Below, piece after piece: positions 38,427 to 48,751 of a stretch of 64,000 bases of DNA; the stretch's first letter is position 1; the number at the start of each line of letters is the position of its first letter. Origin of the DNA: an uncultured Acidimicrobiales bacterium (GTDB lineage: Bacteria; Actinomycetota; Acidimicrobiia; Acidimicrobiales; UBA8190). The DNA is taken from the NCBI GenBank assembly GCA_963839605.1, contig CAWIWK010000059.1, positions 1,126 to 65,125 of the forward strand, read 5' to 3'. The notes under the pieces are model-generated. The model worked only from the letters and a program-made list of their open reading frames with translations, made no database searches and was not told the origin of the DNA. The position numbers and the translations under genes are program-made.

Positions 38427-39849
38427 TCACAGCGGCGCGCCGGGGGCCACGAGCGGCCAGGGGCGCTGGCGCTCTGCCATCAGCGCCAGGTCGAGCAGGA
38501 GCTGCTCCTCGTGGTGCCGTCCGATGACCTGCATCCCCACGGGCAGCCCGTCCACGCTCCCCACGGGAATCGACACCGCCGGGTTGCCGGCGAAGTTGGC
38601 GGGAAAGGTCAGGTTCCCCTGGTTGGCGCCGGCCCGGATGACGTCGCCGAAGCGCTCCACGAGGTCGACGTCGCCCACCGTCATGGGGACCGGCCCCTCG
38701 GCGCCGAAGGCCACGTCGGGGTTGGTGGAGGCGAAGACGAAGTCCACCTCGTCGAGCAGGTCGGCCATGGCCTCGTGGGCCGACACCCGGAAGCGCTCGG
38801 CCGTGGCCGCCATGGCGAGGTCGTAGTGGTGGGTGGCGATGTTGATCCCCAGCATGACCTCGAGCGTCAGATCCTGCTCGCACGCCGGATAGCGGTCACC
38901 GAGGTCGGCCGCCAGCGTGACCAGGTTGGACATGGCCCACTCGAACAGCGCCGGCGGGAACCGCACCGCCACGTCCACGCGGGCCAGCCCGGCGTCGGCC
39001 ACGAGCGCCTCGGCCGCCGACGTCACGAGGGCGGCCACCTCGGGATGGACGACGGCCACCCCGAGGTCGACGGCGATCACGGCCCGCTTGCCGCGTAGCG
39101 CCGCGCCGTGGGTGCCGATCCCCGCCTCCCAACCCTCCACGCGCGGCAGGCTCAGGGTGTCGTGGGGGTCGTAGCCGTTGCAGACGTCGAACCACCGTGC
39201 CGTGTCGCGCACCGACCGGCTGATGCACCCCAACGTGACGGTGTGCGGTGTCTGGTGGGCAAAGGGTCCCTTGGGGATCCGGCCGAAGGTGGACTTCAGC
39301 CCGAACATGCCCGTGAAGGACGGCCGGGATGCGGATGGACCCGCCACCGTCACCGCCCGAGGCGATGGGGACGAGCCCACCCGCCACCACCGCCGCCGAT
39401 CCCCCCGAGGAGCCCCCCGGCGTTCGCTCGAGGTTCCACGGGTTGCGGGTGGTGCCGTGCAGCTTGGTGTGGGTGAGGTTGATGCCGCCGAACTCGCTGG
39501 ATGTGGTCTGGCCCACGAGCACGGCGCCTGCGCCCACCAGGCGGCGCACGTGGGTGGAGCTGTGGTGCGCCACCCGGTCGGCGAAGACGAGCGAGGCCTC
39601 GGTGAAGGGCCACCCCTCCACCGGCTCGAGCTCCTTGATGCCGACCGGCAGCCCGCCGAAGGGGAGCGACACGTCGGCGGCCGCGGCGGCCGCGGTGGCG
39701 GCCTCGGCGTCGACGTGGCTGAAGGCGTTCAACGCCGAGCCGTCCATGGCCGCCAGGCACGAACCGAGCGCCTCGGACGGCGATATCTCGCCCCGGCGGT
39801 ACGCGTCGACGAGCGAGCAGGCGTCCCCGGACCACGGCGAGTGGGGCAC
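38427..39849 (-). CDS. amidase-signature family amidase; 1 frame disruption ~39330
   Basis: GGSSGGSAAVVAGGLVPIASGGDGGGSIRIPA (AS signature), then FGLKSTFGRIP... in ORF 38427..39380. Confidence 0.85.
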
Positions 39850-39934
39850 GGGTGGAGGCTACCCGGGCCCCGCCGAGCCGGGGCGACCGGGGGCTCCCGC
39901 AGGTCAGCCCGGGATGCGCTTGTAAGGTGCGCGT

Positions 39935-40693
39935 GTGGAGTCGTCGAGCGGGCACCGGGCCGACACGAGCGCTCCCGGTGGCGCGGGGCCGGCCGGCTTC
40001 TACGACGTCGTGCACCGCCGCCGCGACGTCCGAGGCGAATTCAACGGCGCCCCCGTCGACGTGGACGTGCTCGCCCGGGTGCTGGGGGCCGCCCACAGCG
40101 CCCCCAGCGTGGGGTTGTCCCAGCCCTGGGACTTCATCCTCGTCACCGACGAGGCGGTGCGCCACGCCTTCTGGTCCCACGTCCAGCACGAGCGCAGCGC
40201 CTTCGCCGCCTCGCTCGAGGGCGAGCGGGCGGAACGCTTCGCCGGCATCAAGATCGACGGGATCCTCGAGGCGAGCCTGTCGGTGGTCGTCACCTACGAC
40301 CCCGAGCGCGGCGCCCCTGCGGTGCTCGGACGCCATGCCATCGCCGACGCCGGGCTGTACTCGGTCTGCCTCGCCATCGAGAACATGTGGTTGGCCTGCA
40401 CCGCCGAGGGGTGGGGCATGGGGTGGGTGTCGTTCTACCGGGAGTCGTTCCTGCGTGACCTGCTGCACATCCCGTCCGGGATCCGTCCCGTGGCATGGCT
40501 GTGCGTCGGCCCTGTGTCGACGCTGCAGGACGCTCCCGATCTCGAGCGTCACGGATGGCGGTCCCGCCTGCCGCTCGAGCCCGTGCTGCATCTCGACCGC
40601 TGGGACCACACCGGACCCGACGCGCTGCCGCGCGCCGCTCGGGGGGCCTCCCACGGCACCACCGTGGGATCGACAGGGGGAGCGACGCCATGA
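39935..40693 (+). CDS. bluB: 5,6-dimethylbenzimidazole synthase (BluB-type nitroreductase fold)
   Basis: FYDVVHRRRDVRGEF..., AHSAPSVGLSQPWDFILV, YDPERG, GWGMGWVSF, IPSGIRPVAWLCVGP. Confidence 0.75.
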   Translation: MESSSGHRADTSAPGGAGPAGFYDVVHRRRDVRGEFNGAPVDVDVLARVLGAAHSAPSVGLSQPWDFILVTDEAVRHAFWSHVQHERSAFAASLEGERAERFAGIKIDGILEASLSVVVTYDPERGAPAVLGRHAIADAGLYSVCLAIENMWLACTAEGWGMGWVSFYRESFLRDLLHIPSGIRPVAWLCVGPVSTLQDAPDLERHGWRSRLPLEPVLHLDRWDHTGPDALPRAARGASHGTTVGSTGGATP

Positions 40694-41697
40694 GCGAGCC
40701 GCCGCAGGACACACCCACCGGCAACGGCACCGGCGACGACAGGGCGGCCCCCGTGGTGTCGCCGCCGCCCCCCCCACCTGCCACGCCGACGCCGGCGGCA
40801 CCCCGCCGCACGGCGACCCCCGGCACACCGGCCTCACGCCGGCCCACCACCGCCGGCCGCGCGCCCGCCACCGGTCCGCGCCGCACCGCACCGGCGGCGG
40901 CATCGAAGACGGGGTCGGCCCCCGTGCCGGCGCGCCCCGCCCGGCCCCGGGCCCCGCTCACGCTCGCCATCGACATCGGTGGGACGGGGCTGAAGGCGTC
41001 GGTGCTCGACACGTCGGGGGCCATGGTGGCCGACCGGGTGGCAGTGAAGACCACCTACCCCTGCGGGCCCGCCGCCATGGTCGACGACCTGGTGGCCCTG
41101 GTCGCCCCGCTGCCGCCGGCGGATCGCATCTCGGCCGGGTTCCCGGGGATGGTGCGGTCGGGCCGCGTCCTGTCGGCGCCGCACTTCGTGACCCTGCACG
41201 GTCCGGGCACGGCCATCGACCCCCAGCTCTCGAAGCAATGGTCCGGCTTCGACCTGGCCGGCGCCCTGTCGGCGCGCCTGGGCAAGCCCGCCCGGGTGGC
41301 CAACGACGCCGACGTGCAGGGGGCGGCCGTGGTGAAGGGCAACGGTCTCGAGCTCGTCGTCACGCTCGGCACCGGGGTGGGCACGGCGTTCTTCTACGAG
41401 GGCCGCATCCTGCCTCATCTCGAGTTCGCCCACCACCCGTTCCTGAAGGGCGACACCTACAACGAGCAGATCGGCGACGCGGCGCGCAAGCAGGTCGGCA
41501 ACGCCCGGTGGAACAAGCGGGTGCGAAAGGCGGTCACCACGCTGCGCAACCTGTCGTTCTTCGACCACTGCTTCGTCGGCGGCGGCAATGCCAAGAAGAT
41601 CCACGGCGATCTCGGTGACGACGTCACGCTGATCGACAACAGCGCCGGCATCCTGGGCGGCATCAGGTTGTGGGACGAGTCCCACATCGGCGTGTGA
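40690..41697 (+). CDS. ROK-family sugar kinase (polyphosphate glucokinase-like) with ~95-aa Pro/Ala/Thr-rich N-terminal extension
   Basis: ATGA overlap with bluB. LAIDIGGTGLKASVLD, ANDADVQGAA, LGTGVGTAFF. Confidence 0.7.
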   Translation: MSEPPQDTPTGNGTGDDRAAPVVSPPPPPPATPTPAAPRRTATPGTPASRRPTTAGRAPATGPRRTAPAAASKTGSAPVPARPARPRAPLTLAIDIGGTGLKASVLDTSGAMVADRVAVKTTYPCGPAAMVDDLVALVAPLPPADRISAGFPGMVRSGRVLSAPHFVTLHGPGTAIDPQLSKQWSGFDLAGALSARLGKPARVANDADVQGAAVVKGNGLELVVTLGTGVGTAFFYEGRILPHLEFAHHPFLKGDTYNEQIGDAARKQVGNARWNKRVRKAVTTLRNLSFFDHCFVGGGNAKKIHGDLGDDVTLIDNSAGILGGIRLWDESHIGV

Positions 41698-41707
41698 CGA
41701 GCCTCAC

Positions 41708-42026
41708 GTGACGGGTGAACCCGAACACGTCCCCGATGACATGGAGCGTCTGGCCCGGCGCCGGCGCCGCCGGGCGGTGCGCGGCATCGGCGTCCTCCTG
41801 GTGGTGGCGGCGGCGGTCACCTTCGTGGTGCAGAACGACAAGTCCGTCCCCGTGCACTTCTGGTTCTTCACCGGCCATCCCCGCGTCATCTGGGTGGTGC
41901 TCATCTCGCTCGTCGTCGGACTCGTGATCGGGCTACGTGCTCGGGAGCCCGGGCCACCGCGCCTCGCGCCGGCGCCGCCGCCAGGCCCGGCAGCAGGAGA
42001 AAGAGGACCGGCAATCCGGGCAGTGA
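41708..42026 (+). CDS. LapA-domain (DUF1049-like) small membrane protein; 1 frame disruption ~41930 (extra G)
   Basis: RRRRRRAVRGIGVLLVVAAAVTFVVQNDKSVPVHFWFFTGHPRVIWVVLISLVVGLVIG, then (shifted) YVLGSPGHRASRRRRRQARQQEKEDRQSGQ stop. Confidence 0.6.
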
Positions 42027-42961
42027 CCGTCGTCGACGGCGACCTGCGATGGGAGGAGCACCCCGATCCCGAGCCCGCCGACACGGGATTGGTGGTGGCG
42101 GTGCGCGCCGCCGGGGTGAACGCCGCCGACCTGATGCAGCGCCACGGCCTGTATCCCGCCCCGGCGGGCTGGCCCCCCGACGTCCCCGGCATGGAGCTCG
42201 CCGGCGAGGTGGTGGCCGTGGGCCGGCGGGCGCGGCGCTTCGCGGTGGGAGACCGCGTCATGGCCCTGGTGGGCGGGGGCGCCCAGGCCGAGCTGTGCGC
42301 CCTCGACGAGGCGACCGCCATGGCGGTGCCGCCCGACGTGCCCTGGCCCGAGGCGGGCGGCTTCCCCGAGATCTTCGCCACCGCCTACGACGCCCTGTGC
42401 ACCCAGTGCGCCATGTCGCTCGGTGACCGGGTGCTCGTCACCGGGGCGGCCGGCGGGGTCGGCTCGGCCGCGGTGCAGCTGGCCGCCGCCACCGGCGCCC
42501 GGTGCGTGGCCTCGGTGCGGCGCCAGGAGTCGCGCCCCGCCGTGCAGGCCCTCGGCGCCGTGGCCGCCGCCGACCCCGAGGAGGCCCTCGGCCTCGGGCC
42601 CTTCGACGTTGCCCTCGAGCTCGTGGGCGCCCCCAGCATCACCGGCGTGCTCGGAGCCATGGCGAGCGGCGGGAGGATCTCGGTCATCGGCGTGGGGGGC
42701 GGCGCCCAGGCCGAGATCGACCTCCTCACCGTCATGCAACGCCGCCTCCGGGTGCACGGCTCCACGCTCCGGGCGCGCTCGCCCGAGGAGAAGGCCATGG
42801 TGGTTGCGGCGGTCGAGGCCCACGTCGTGCCCCTGCTGGCGGCGGGGCGGCTGCGGGTCCCGGTGGCGGCCACCGTCCCCCTGGATCGCGCCACCGAGGC
42901 GTACGAACGCTTCGGGCGGAGCGGCAAGGTGGGGAAGATCGTGCTCGTGGCCGGCCGATGA
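42023..42961 (+). CDS. NADPH:quinone oxidoreductase / zinc-type alcohol dehydrogenase superfamily
   Basis: GTG overlaps the LapA stop (GTGA). AAGVNAADLMQRHGLYP, GMELAGEVVAVG, VLVTGAAGGVGSAAVQLA, GKIVL. Confidence 0.8.
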   Translation: MTVVDGDLRWEEHPDPEPADTGLVVAVRAAGVNAADLMQRHGLYPAPAGWPPDVPGMELAGEVVAVGRRARRFAVGDRVMALVGGGAQAELCALDEATAMAVPPDVPWPEAGGFPEIFATAYDALCTQCAMSLGDRVLVTGAAGGVGSAAVQLAAATGARCVASVRRQESRPAVQALGAVAAADPEEALGLGPFDVALELVGAPSITGVLGAMASGGRISVIGVGGGAQAEIDLLTVMQRRLRVHGSTLRARSPEEKAMVVAAVEAHVVPLLAAGRLRVPVAATVPLDRATEAYERFGRSGKVGKIVLVAGR

Positions 42962-43012
42962 CGGTCCCGGCCGCTGTTGTCGTTGACCGGCACGGCTCGT
43001 AAGGGAGGATCA

Positions 43013-43417
43013 GTGGACTGGAAGCTCGAACTGGTGGTGGTTCCCGTGGCCGACGTGGACCGGGCCAAGGCCTTCTATCTCGACGGCCTCGGGTTCGACC
43101 TGATTGTCGACCATCGTGCCGGCGACGACTTCCGCGTGGTGCAGGTCATCCCGCCCGGGTCCGCCTGTGCCGTCGCCCTGATGCCCAACGCCGCCGCCGC
43201 CGGCTCGGTGCAGGGTCTGCACCTGGTGGTCCCCGACATCGACGCCGCCCGGCAGTCGCTGGCGGAGCGGGGGGTGGCGGTGAGCGAGCTGTTCCACTTC
43301 GTCGACGGGGCACAGGTGGCGGGGGCGTCCCCGGGGCGGGGCGACTACGAGACCTTCTTCTCCTTCGCCGACCCCGACGGCACGGGCTGGATGGTGCAGG
43401 AGGTCGGTCGGGCCTGA
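43013..43417 (+). CDS. VOC (glyoxalase/bleomycin-resistance) family protein
   Basis: SD AAGGGAGGA 4 nt before the GTG. LELVVVPVADVDRAKAFYLDGLGFDL...FADPDGTGWMVQE. Confidence 0.75.
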   Translation: MDWKLELVVVPVADVDRAKAFYLDGLGFDLIVDHRAGDDFRVVQVIPPGSACAVALMPNAAAAGSVQGLHLVVPDIDAARQSLAERGVAVSELFHFVDGAQVAGASPGRGDYETFFSFADPDGTGWMVQEVGRA

Positions 43418-43427
43418 GGGGGCCTGA

Positions 43428-44105
43428 TCAGCCCGCGGCGGCCGGGTCGTGCCCGACGAGCCGGGCCGCCAGCGCCTCGAGACCGGCCCCCGTCGCCTCC
43501 ACCACGCACGCGCCGTCGCGGTGGCGCAGCCAGTCGCGGTTGCGGCGGTGGAGCTCGGAGGAGGGGTCGAAGCGGTTCAGCACGACCACGGCATGGCCCG
43601 GACCGTTCAACGCCTCGAGCGACAGGCGCACGGCGTTGATGGTGCCGAGGCCGGCGTCGGCCACGAGCACCACGGCGTCGGGCCGCAGGGCGCGCGCCAC
43701 GTCGACGACGTCACCGTCGGCCGCCTGGGGCGAGCGCACCCCACCGGCCGTCTCCACCACACCGACGTCGACGGCCGAGCCCGGCCAGGAGACGTCCCCC
43801 GCCAGCTCGGCCACGGTCGGGACGTGCAGCCCCAGCGCCTCGGCGGCCATGGGCGGCGCCATGGGCACCGGGTAGGAGCGTTCGGCGGGGCACACCGCGG
43901 CCGGGCCCTCCCCGCTCGCCTCTCCCAGGACCTCGGCGTCGGTCGGGCCCTCGCCCGGGACGTAGGACTGGGCCGGCTTGCGCGCCGCCACGGACACCCC
44001 CCGCGCCCGCCACGCATCGAGCAGGCGCGCCGCCACCCACGTCTTGCCCACCTCGGTGCCGGTCCCCACCACCAGGACCACCACAGCGGGCCGCGTGCCC
44101 GTCAC
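43428..44105 (-). CDS. bioD: dethiobiotin synthase
   Basis: VVGTGTEVGKTWV (P-loop), VVETAGGVRSP, LGTINAV. Last gene of the bioA-bioF-bioD string. Confidence 0.8.
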   Translation of the reverse strand: MTGTRPAVVVLVVGTGTEVGKTWVAARLLDAWRARGVSVAARKPAQSYVPGEGPTDAEVLGEASGEGPAAVCPAERSYPVPMAPPMAAEALGLHVPTVAELAGDVSWPGSAVDVGVVETAGGVRSPQAADGDVVDVARALRPDAVVLVADAGLGTINAVRLSLEALNGPGHAVVVLNRFDPSSELHRRNRDWLRHRDGACVVEATGAGLEALAARLVGHDPAAAG

Positions 44106-44118
44106 CGCCGCAGGGGGG

Positions 44119-45276
44119 TCACGGCACGGTGCTCGGGCGCCGGGGTGAGACACCGAAGCTCTCTTCCACCTCGGCCAGCGCCTCGACCAGCAGCGCCACC
44201 TGGCCGTCTGTGTGCGCGGCGGACAGGCTCACGCGCAGGCGGGCCGTCCCCACCGGCACGGTGGGCGGGCGGATGGCGGGCACCCACACGCCGCGCCGGC
44301 GCAAGGAGGCCGAGGCCGCCAGTGCCCGCTCGTCGCTCCCCATCACCACCGGCACGATCGGGGTGGTGTGCCCGGGGGCGACGCGTCCGACGAAGCCAGT
44401 GAGCCGGGCCCGCAGCCGGTCCCCCTCGGGCGACGACACGACGCCCAGCGCGGCCAAGGCGGCGGCGGCGTCGGGGGGCGTGGGGGCGGTGGTGAAGACG
44501 TAGGAGCGGGCCCGGTTGACGAGCAGGTCGATGAAGGGCCGGGGCCCGGCCACGAAGCCGCCGAGCGAGCCGAGGGTCTTCGACAGCGTGCCCATGCGCA
44601 GCACGTCCAGGCCCTCGACGTGGGGCATGGGGTCGGGCCCGAGCACGGCGTGGGCCTCGTCCAGCACGAGCAGGGCGCCGTGGTGCCGGCACAGCGCGGC
44701 GATGTCGGCCACGGGGGCCACGTCGCCGTCCATGGAGAAGACGAGGTCGCTCACCACGAGCGCCGGTCCCGGCGCGCCGCGCAGCAGCGCGGCGAGGTGC
44801 TCGACGTCGCGGTGGCGGTACACGGCAACCTCGGCGCGCGCCAGGCGCGCCCCGTCCACGATCGAGGCGTGGTTGAGCTCGTCTGAGCAGATGCGCACCC
44901 CGGCATCGCCGAACGCCGTCAGCACGCCCAGGTTGGCGGCGAAGCCGGTCGGGAACACGACGGCCCGTTCCATGCCGCAGTGGCGGGCCAGGGCCGCTTC
45001 GAGCCGCTCGTGCACGGGCCGGCTGCCGGTGACGAGACGGCTGGCGCCGGATCCCGTCCCCCAGCGGTCGAGCGCGTCGTGCGCGGCGGCGACCACGGCG
45101 GGGTGGGCGCTCAGGCCCAGGTAGTCGTTGGAGGCGAACGCCACCACGGCCTCGCCGTCCTCGGTCAGCACGCCCGACGGACCGAGGGCGTCGAAGGTGA
45201 GCGGTCGTCGCCACCTGGCCTCGGCCTCGAGGCGCTCGGCGGCGCTCACGACACGCTCGACCCACGTGGCGCTCAC
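44119..45276 (-). CDS. bioF: 8-amino-7-oxononanoate synthase
   Basis: FASNDYLGLSAHP, SRLVTGS, DEAHAVG-type LVLDEAHAVLG, TLSKTLGSLGG (PLP Lys). Part of track ORF 44119..46566. Confidence 0.85.
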   Translation of the reverse strand: MSATWVERVVSAAERLEAEARWRRPLTFDALGPSGVLTEDGEAVVAFASNDYLGLSAHPAVVAAAHDALDRWGTGSGASRLVTGSRPVHERLEAALARHCGMERAVVFPTGFAANLGVLTAFGDAGVRICSDELNHASIVDGARLARAEVAVYRHRDVEHLAALLRGAPGPALVVSDLVFSMDGDVAPVADIAALCRHHGALLVLDEAHAVLGPDPMPHVEGLDVLRMGTLSKTLGSLGGFVAGPRPFIDLLVNRARSYVFTTAPTPPDAAAALAALGVVSSPEGDRLRARLTGFVGRVAPGHTTPIVPVVMGSDERALAASASLRRRGVWVPAIRPPTVPVGTARLRVSLSAAHTDGQVALLVEALAEVEESFGVSPRRPSTVP

Positions 45277-46566
45277 GGCACCGATCGGGCCGGCGATCCG
45301 TTCCCCGCCTGGCTCCCGCCCACCTCGTCCAGTGCCCCCTCCAGCGCCGACACGATCCGGTCGATCTCCTCGGCGGTCACGGTGAGCGGGGGCATGAGGA
45401 CCACCACGTCGCCCAAGGGGCGCAACAGCACGCCACGCGCCACGGCGGCGGCGCACACCCGCCGGCCCCAGAGAAGCCCTGGCCCGGGCGGGGCCAACTC
45501 GACGCCCACCATGAGCCCTCGCTTGCGGACCTCGCGCACGGCGGGGTGGTGCGCCACCGACGCCGTCAGCCGCTCTCCGAGCTGATCGGCGCGCGCCGAC
45601 ACGTTGTCGAGCACCCGCCACTTGTCGATGAGGCGGAGGTGCTCGAGGGCGACCGCGGCGGCCAGGGCGTTCCCCGCGTAGGAGTGCCCGTGGTAGAAGG
45701 TGCGCGGTCCGAGGTCCTCGCCCAGGAAGGCGTCGTGCACGTGCCCCGCCGCCACCGTGGCCGACATGGGGAGATAGCCGGCCGTGATCCCCTTGCCGAG
45801 GCACAGCAGGTCCGGGCGGGTGCCGCTCCACTCGCAGGCGAAGAGCTTCCCCGTGCGGCCGAATCCCGTGGCCACCTCGTCCGCCACCACCAGCACCCCG
45901 GCCCGCCGGCACCCGTCGACGACGCGCCCCCACCTCACCCGGGTCGGTGACGAGCATGCCCGACGCCCCCTGGACGAGGGGCTCGAGCACGAACGCGGCC
46001 AGCTCGCCGGCGTGCGCCTCCACCGTGGCGAGGGCCTTGTCCGCCCAGCCCGGGTCGTCGTAGCCGGGGGTGCGGACCACGGGGAAGCGCAGCGGGTCGA
46101 AGACGTCGGTGCCGAAGCCGCCGTCCCCGAGCGACAGGGCGCCCACCGTGTCGCCGTGGTAGGCGCTGCCCAGGGCCACGTAGCGGTGCCGACCGTCGAT
46201 CCCCTGGTTGGTCCAGTACTGGAAGGCGATCTTGATGGCCTGCTCCACCGCCGAGGCGCCGTCGGAGGCGAACAGGACGTGGGGGTCGTCCACGGGGACC
46301 ACGGCCGCCAGCGCCTCGGCCAGCTCGACCACCACCCGGTTGCCGTGGCCGAGGAGCGTGGTGTGGGCCACCCGGTCGAGCTGGCGGCGAAGGGCGGCGT
46401 CGAGCTCGGGGACGCCGTGGCCGAGGGTGTTGACCCACAGCGACGAGATGGCGTCGAGGTAGCGCCGGCCTTCGGTGTCGACCAGCTCGCGCCCCTCGGC
46501 GTGATCCACGATCACCGGGGTGTTGCCGGCGTAGGTGGCCATCTGGGTGAACCCGTGCCACACCAC
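45273..46566 (-). CDS. bioA: adenosylmethionine-8-amino-7-oxononanoate aminotransferase; 1 frame disruption ~45940
   Basis: MVWHGFTQM...SSLWVNTLGH...YHGDT...FVLEPLVQGASGM, then VVADEVATGFGRTGKLFACEW...LCLGKGITAGYLP (ORF 45273..45938). Confidence 0.85.
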
Positions 46567-46688
46567 CGCCGCGTCGCGGGCGACCCAGTCGCCCTGTCCC
46601 CGGCCGGGGGTGCGCCTGCGGTGTCACCGGGAACGAGTCTCCATCAGGACCCGGGCCCGGTCCAGCCGTGCCGCGCGGGACTCGGCCC

Positions 46689-46721
46689 GGGGCGGCCCGG
46701 GCGGCCCGGGCGGCCCGGGGG
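46689..46721 (+). repeat. GGGG(CGGCCCGGG)x3 tract: 9-bp tandem repeat, G-quadruplex-type motif and nested GCCCGGGC palindromes
   Basis: ggggcggcccgggcggcccgggcggcccggggg lies between the crotonase stop (46737) and the bioA start (46566). Confidence 0.7.
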
Positions 46722-46736
46722 TGCGGAGGGTGCCGG

Positions 46737-47540
46737 TCAGATCTGCGGTCCGACCCGCGCCACGATGTCCCCGCGCCGGCGCTCGATCTCGGCCGGGTCC
46801 ACCCCGCCACCGCCGTGGAAGGCGGCCGCCCTGGCCTGCTCGACCTCCCACGCCTCGGCCACGGTCACGCGGCTCGTCTCCTCGTAGGTGCCCAGCAGGG
46901 CCTGCACGGCCCGCCCGTCGTTCGACACGATGTCGGCGGCCAGGGCGTGGGCGAAGGGGAGGAGCTCGTCGTGGGGGACCACGTGGTTGACGAGGCCCCA
47001 GGCCAGGGCGGTGGGGGCGTCCACGTAATTGCCCGTCGTGCTCATCTCGCGGGCCCGGCGGATCCCCACCGCCTGGGGGAGCTGCACGGTCAGCCCCCAC
47101 AGCGGGTGCACGCCCACCCGGGCGTGGGTGTCGGCGAACCGGGCCCGCTCCGAGGCCACCAGGAAGTCGCAGTTGAGAGCGAGCTCGAGGCCGCCTGTCA
47201 CCGCTGCGCCGTTGACGGCGCCGATGACGGGCTTGGCGGTGGGAAGCACGGGGCCCCGGCCCCCGCGACCTGCGGGCCGCGACGGCGCACCGTCGCCGTC
47301 TCGGCCGGGACGCAGCGGTCCGCCGTCGACGCCCAGCTCCTTCAGGTCGAGGCCGGCGCAGAAGGCGGGGTCGGCACCGGTGAGGACGAGCACGTCCACG
47401 TCGTCACGACCGTCGACCTCGGTCACGCAGCGGCGCAGGGCGCTGATGAGCCCGGTCGACAGGGCGTTGCGCGCCTCGGGACGGTTGAGCGTGACGGTGG
47501 CGATGCGGTCGGCCACGTCGAGCAGGATCACGTCGGGCAC
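46737..47540 (-). CDS. enoyl-CoA hydratase/isomerase (crotonase) family protein
   Basis: VTLNRPEARNAL, LTGADPAFCAGLDLKE, INGAAVTGGLELALNCD. Confidence 0.85.
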   Translation of the reverse strand: MPDVILLDVADRIATVTLNRPEARNALSTGLISALRRCVTEVDGRDDVDVLVLTGADPAFCAGLDLKELGVDGGPLRPGRDGDGAPSRPAGRGGRGPVLPTAKPVIGAVNGAAVTGGLELALNCDFLVASERARFADTHARVGVHPLWGLTVQLPQAVGIRRAREMSTTGNYVDAPTALAWGLVNHVVPHDELLPFAHALAADIVSNDGRAVQALLGTYEETSRVTVAEAWEVEQARAAAFHGGGGVDPAEIERRRGDIVARVGPQI

Positions 47541-47551
47541 GGCCCGCTGCC

Positions 47552-48751
47552 CTACCGGGTGACGAGGACGCTCGAGCCGTGGCCGAACAGTCCCTGGTTG
47601 GCGGTGACGCCCACGCGGGCGCCCTCCACCTGGCGGTCCCCCGCCTGGCCCCGCAGCTGCCACACGAGCTCGCACACCTGGGCGATGGCCTGGGCGGGGA
47701 TGGCCTCGCCGAAGCTCGACAGCCCGCCGCTCGGGTTGACCGGGATGCGGCCCCCGAGGGCGGTGTCGCCGTCGCGCAGCAGGCGCTCCGCCTCACCCTC
47801 CTTGCACAGCCCCACGTCCTCGTACCAGTCGAGCTCGAGGGCTGACGACAGGTCGTAGACCTCGGCCACGTCCACGTCCTCGGGGCCGATGCCCGCCTCC
47901 TCGTAGGCGGCGGCGGCGATGGAGCGGGCGGAATCCCGGGCCGTCGGCGGCCGCGCGCCACGGCGGAGTCGGTGGCGAAGTTGGGCATCTCGATCACCGT
48001 CTGGGGGAAGCGGGGCGTGACGGTGGAGACCGCCGGGATGGTCACCGCCGGGCCGGTGCCGGCGTGGCGACGGGCGAAGTCCATGCTCGACAGCACGAGG
48101 GCGGCCCCGCCGTCGGAGGTGGCGCAGATCTCGAGGAGGCGCAGGGGGTCGGCCACCATGGGGGAGGCGAGCACCTCCTCGGCCGTGACCACCTGTCGAT
48201 AGCGGGCGTTGGGGTTACCGCCCCGGCCCTGGCGTTCTTCACCTTCACGGCGGCGAAGTCGTCCTCGGTGGCGCCGAACAGCTCCATGCGCCGGCGGGCG
48301 TAGAGGGCGAAGTAGGTGGGGTTGGTGGCGCCGAGGAGATGGAAGCGCAGCCAGTCGGGATCGTCCCTGCGCTCCCCACCGACAGGGGCGAAGAACCCCT
48401 TGGGGGTGGTGTCGGCCCCCACCACGAGGGCGACGTCGCACAGACCGGCCAGGATCTGGGCACGGGCGGCGGCCACGGCCGTGGCCCCCGAGGCGCACGC
48501 CGCGTAGGCGCTCGACACCCGGCCCCCGACCATCCGAGGGCCTGGGCGAAGGTGGCGCCGGAGATGAAGCCGGGGTAGCCGTTGCGGATGGTGTCGGCGC
48601 CCGACACGAATTGCACGTCGGTCCACGCCAGCCCGGCGTCGGCCAGGGCGGCGCGCGCCGCCGCCAGGCCGTACTCGACGAAGTTCCGCCCCCACTTGCC
48701 CCAGGGGTGCATGCCCGCCCCGAGCACGGCCACCCGGCGGTCGTCAACCAC
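47552..48751 (-). CDS. thiolase-like (SCP-x/lipid-transfer type) protein; 4 or more frame disruptions
   Basis: VAVLGAGMHPWGKWG, AYAACASGATAV, ATSDGGAALVL and NPSGGLSSFGEAIPAQ are spread over ORFs 48245, 48042, 47404 and 47552. SD GAAGGGAG lies before the GTG at 48751. Confidence 0.75.

Noticed and set aside
39850-39934. Cobalamin riboswitch upstream of bluB
   Set aside because: The spacer is only ~85 nt, too short for the ~200-nt aptamer, and I could not find the B12-box core (GCCACTG).
41708-42961. 417-aa apparent LapA-domain / quinone oxidoreductase fusion
   Set aside because: Removing one G from a GGG run at ~41930 restores a typical basic LapA tail ending in a TGA that overlaps a GTG start (GTGA at 42023..42026) for the oxidoreductase. 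These are two genes.
44119-46566. 815-aa ORF looking like a BioA-BioF fusion. The 708-aa ORF 25655..27781 (RegX3+OYE) and the 582-aa ORF 57011..58759 (NTF2+hydrogenase beta) look similar.
   Set aside because: In each case the conserved C-terminus of the upstream protein continues in a different frame to its own stop (45273, 27063, 58236). The long ORFs are chimeras created by single-base frame errors.
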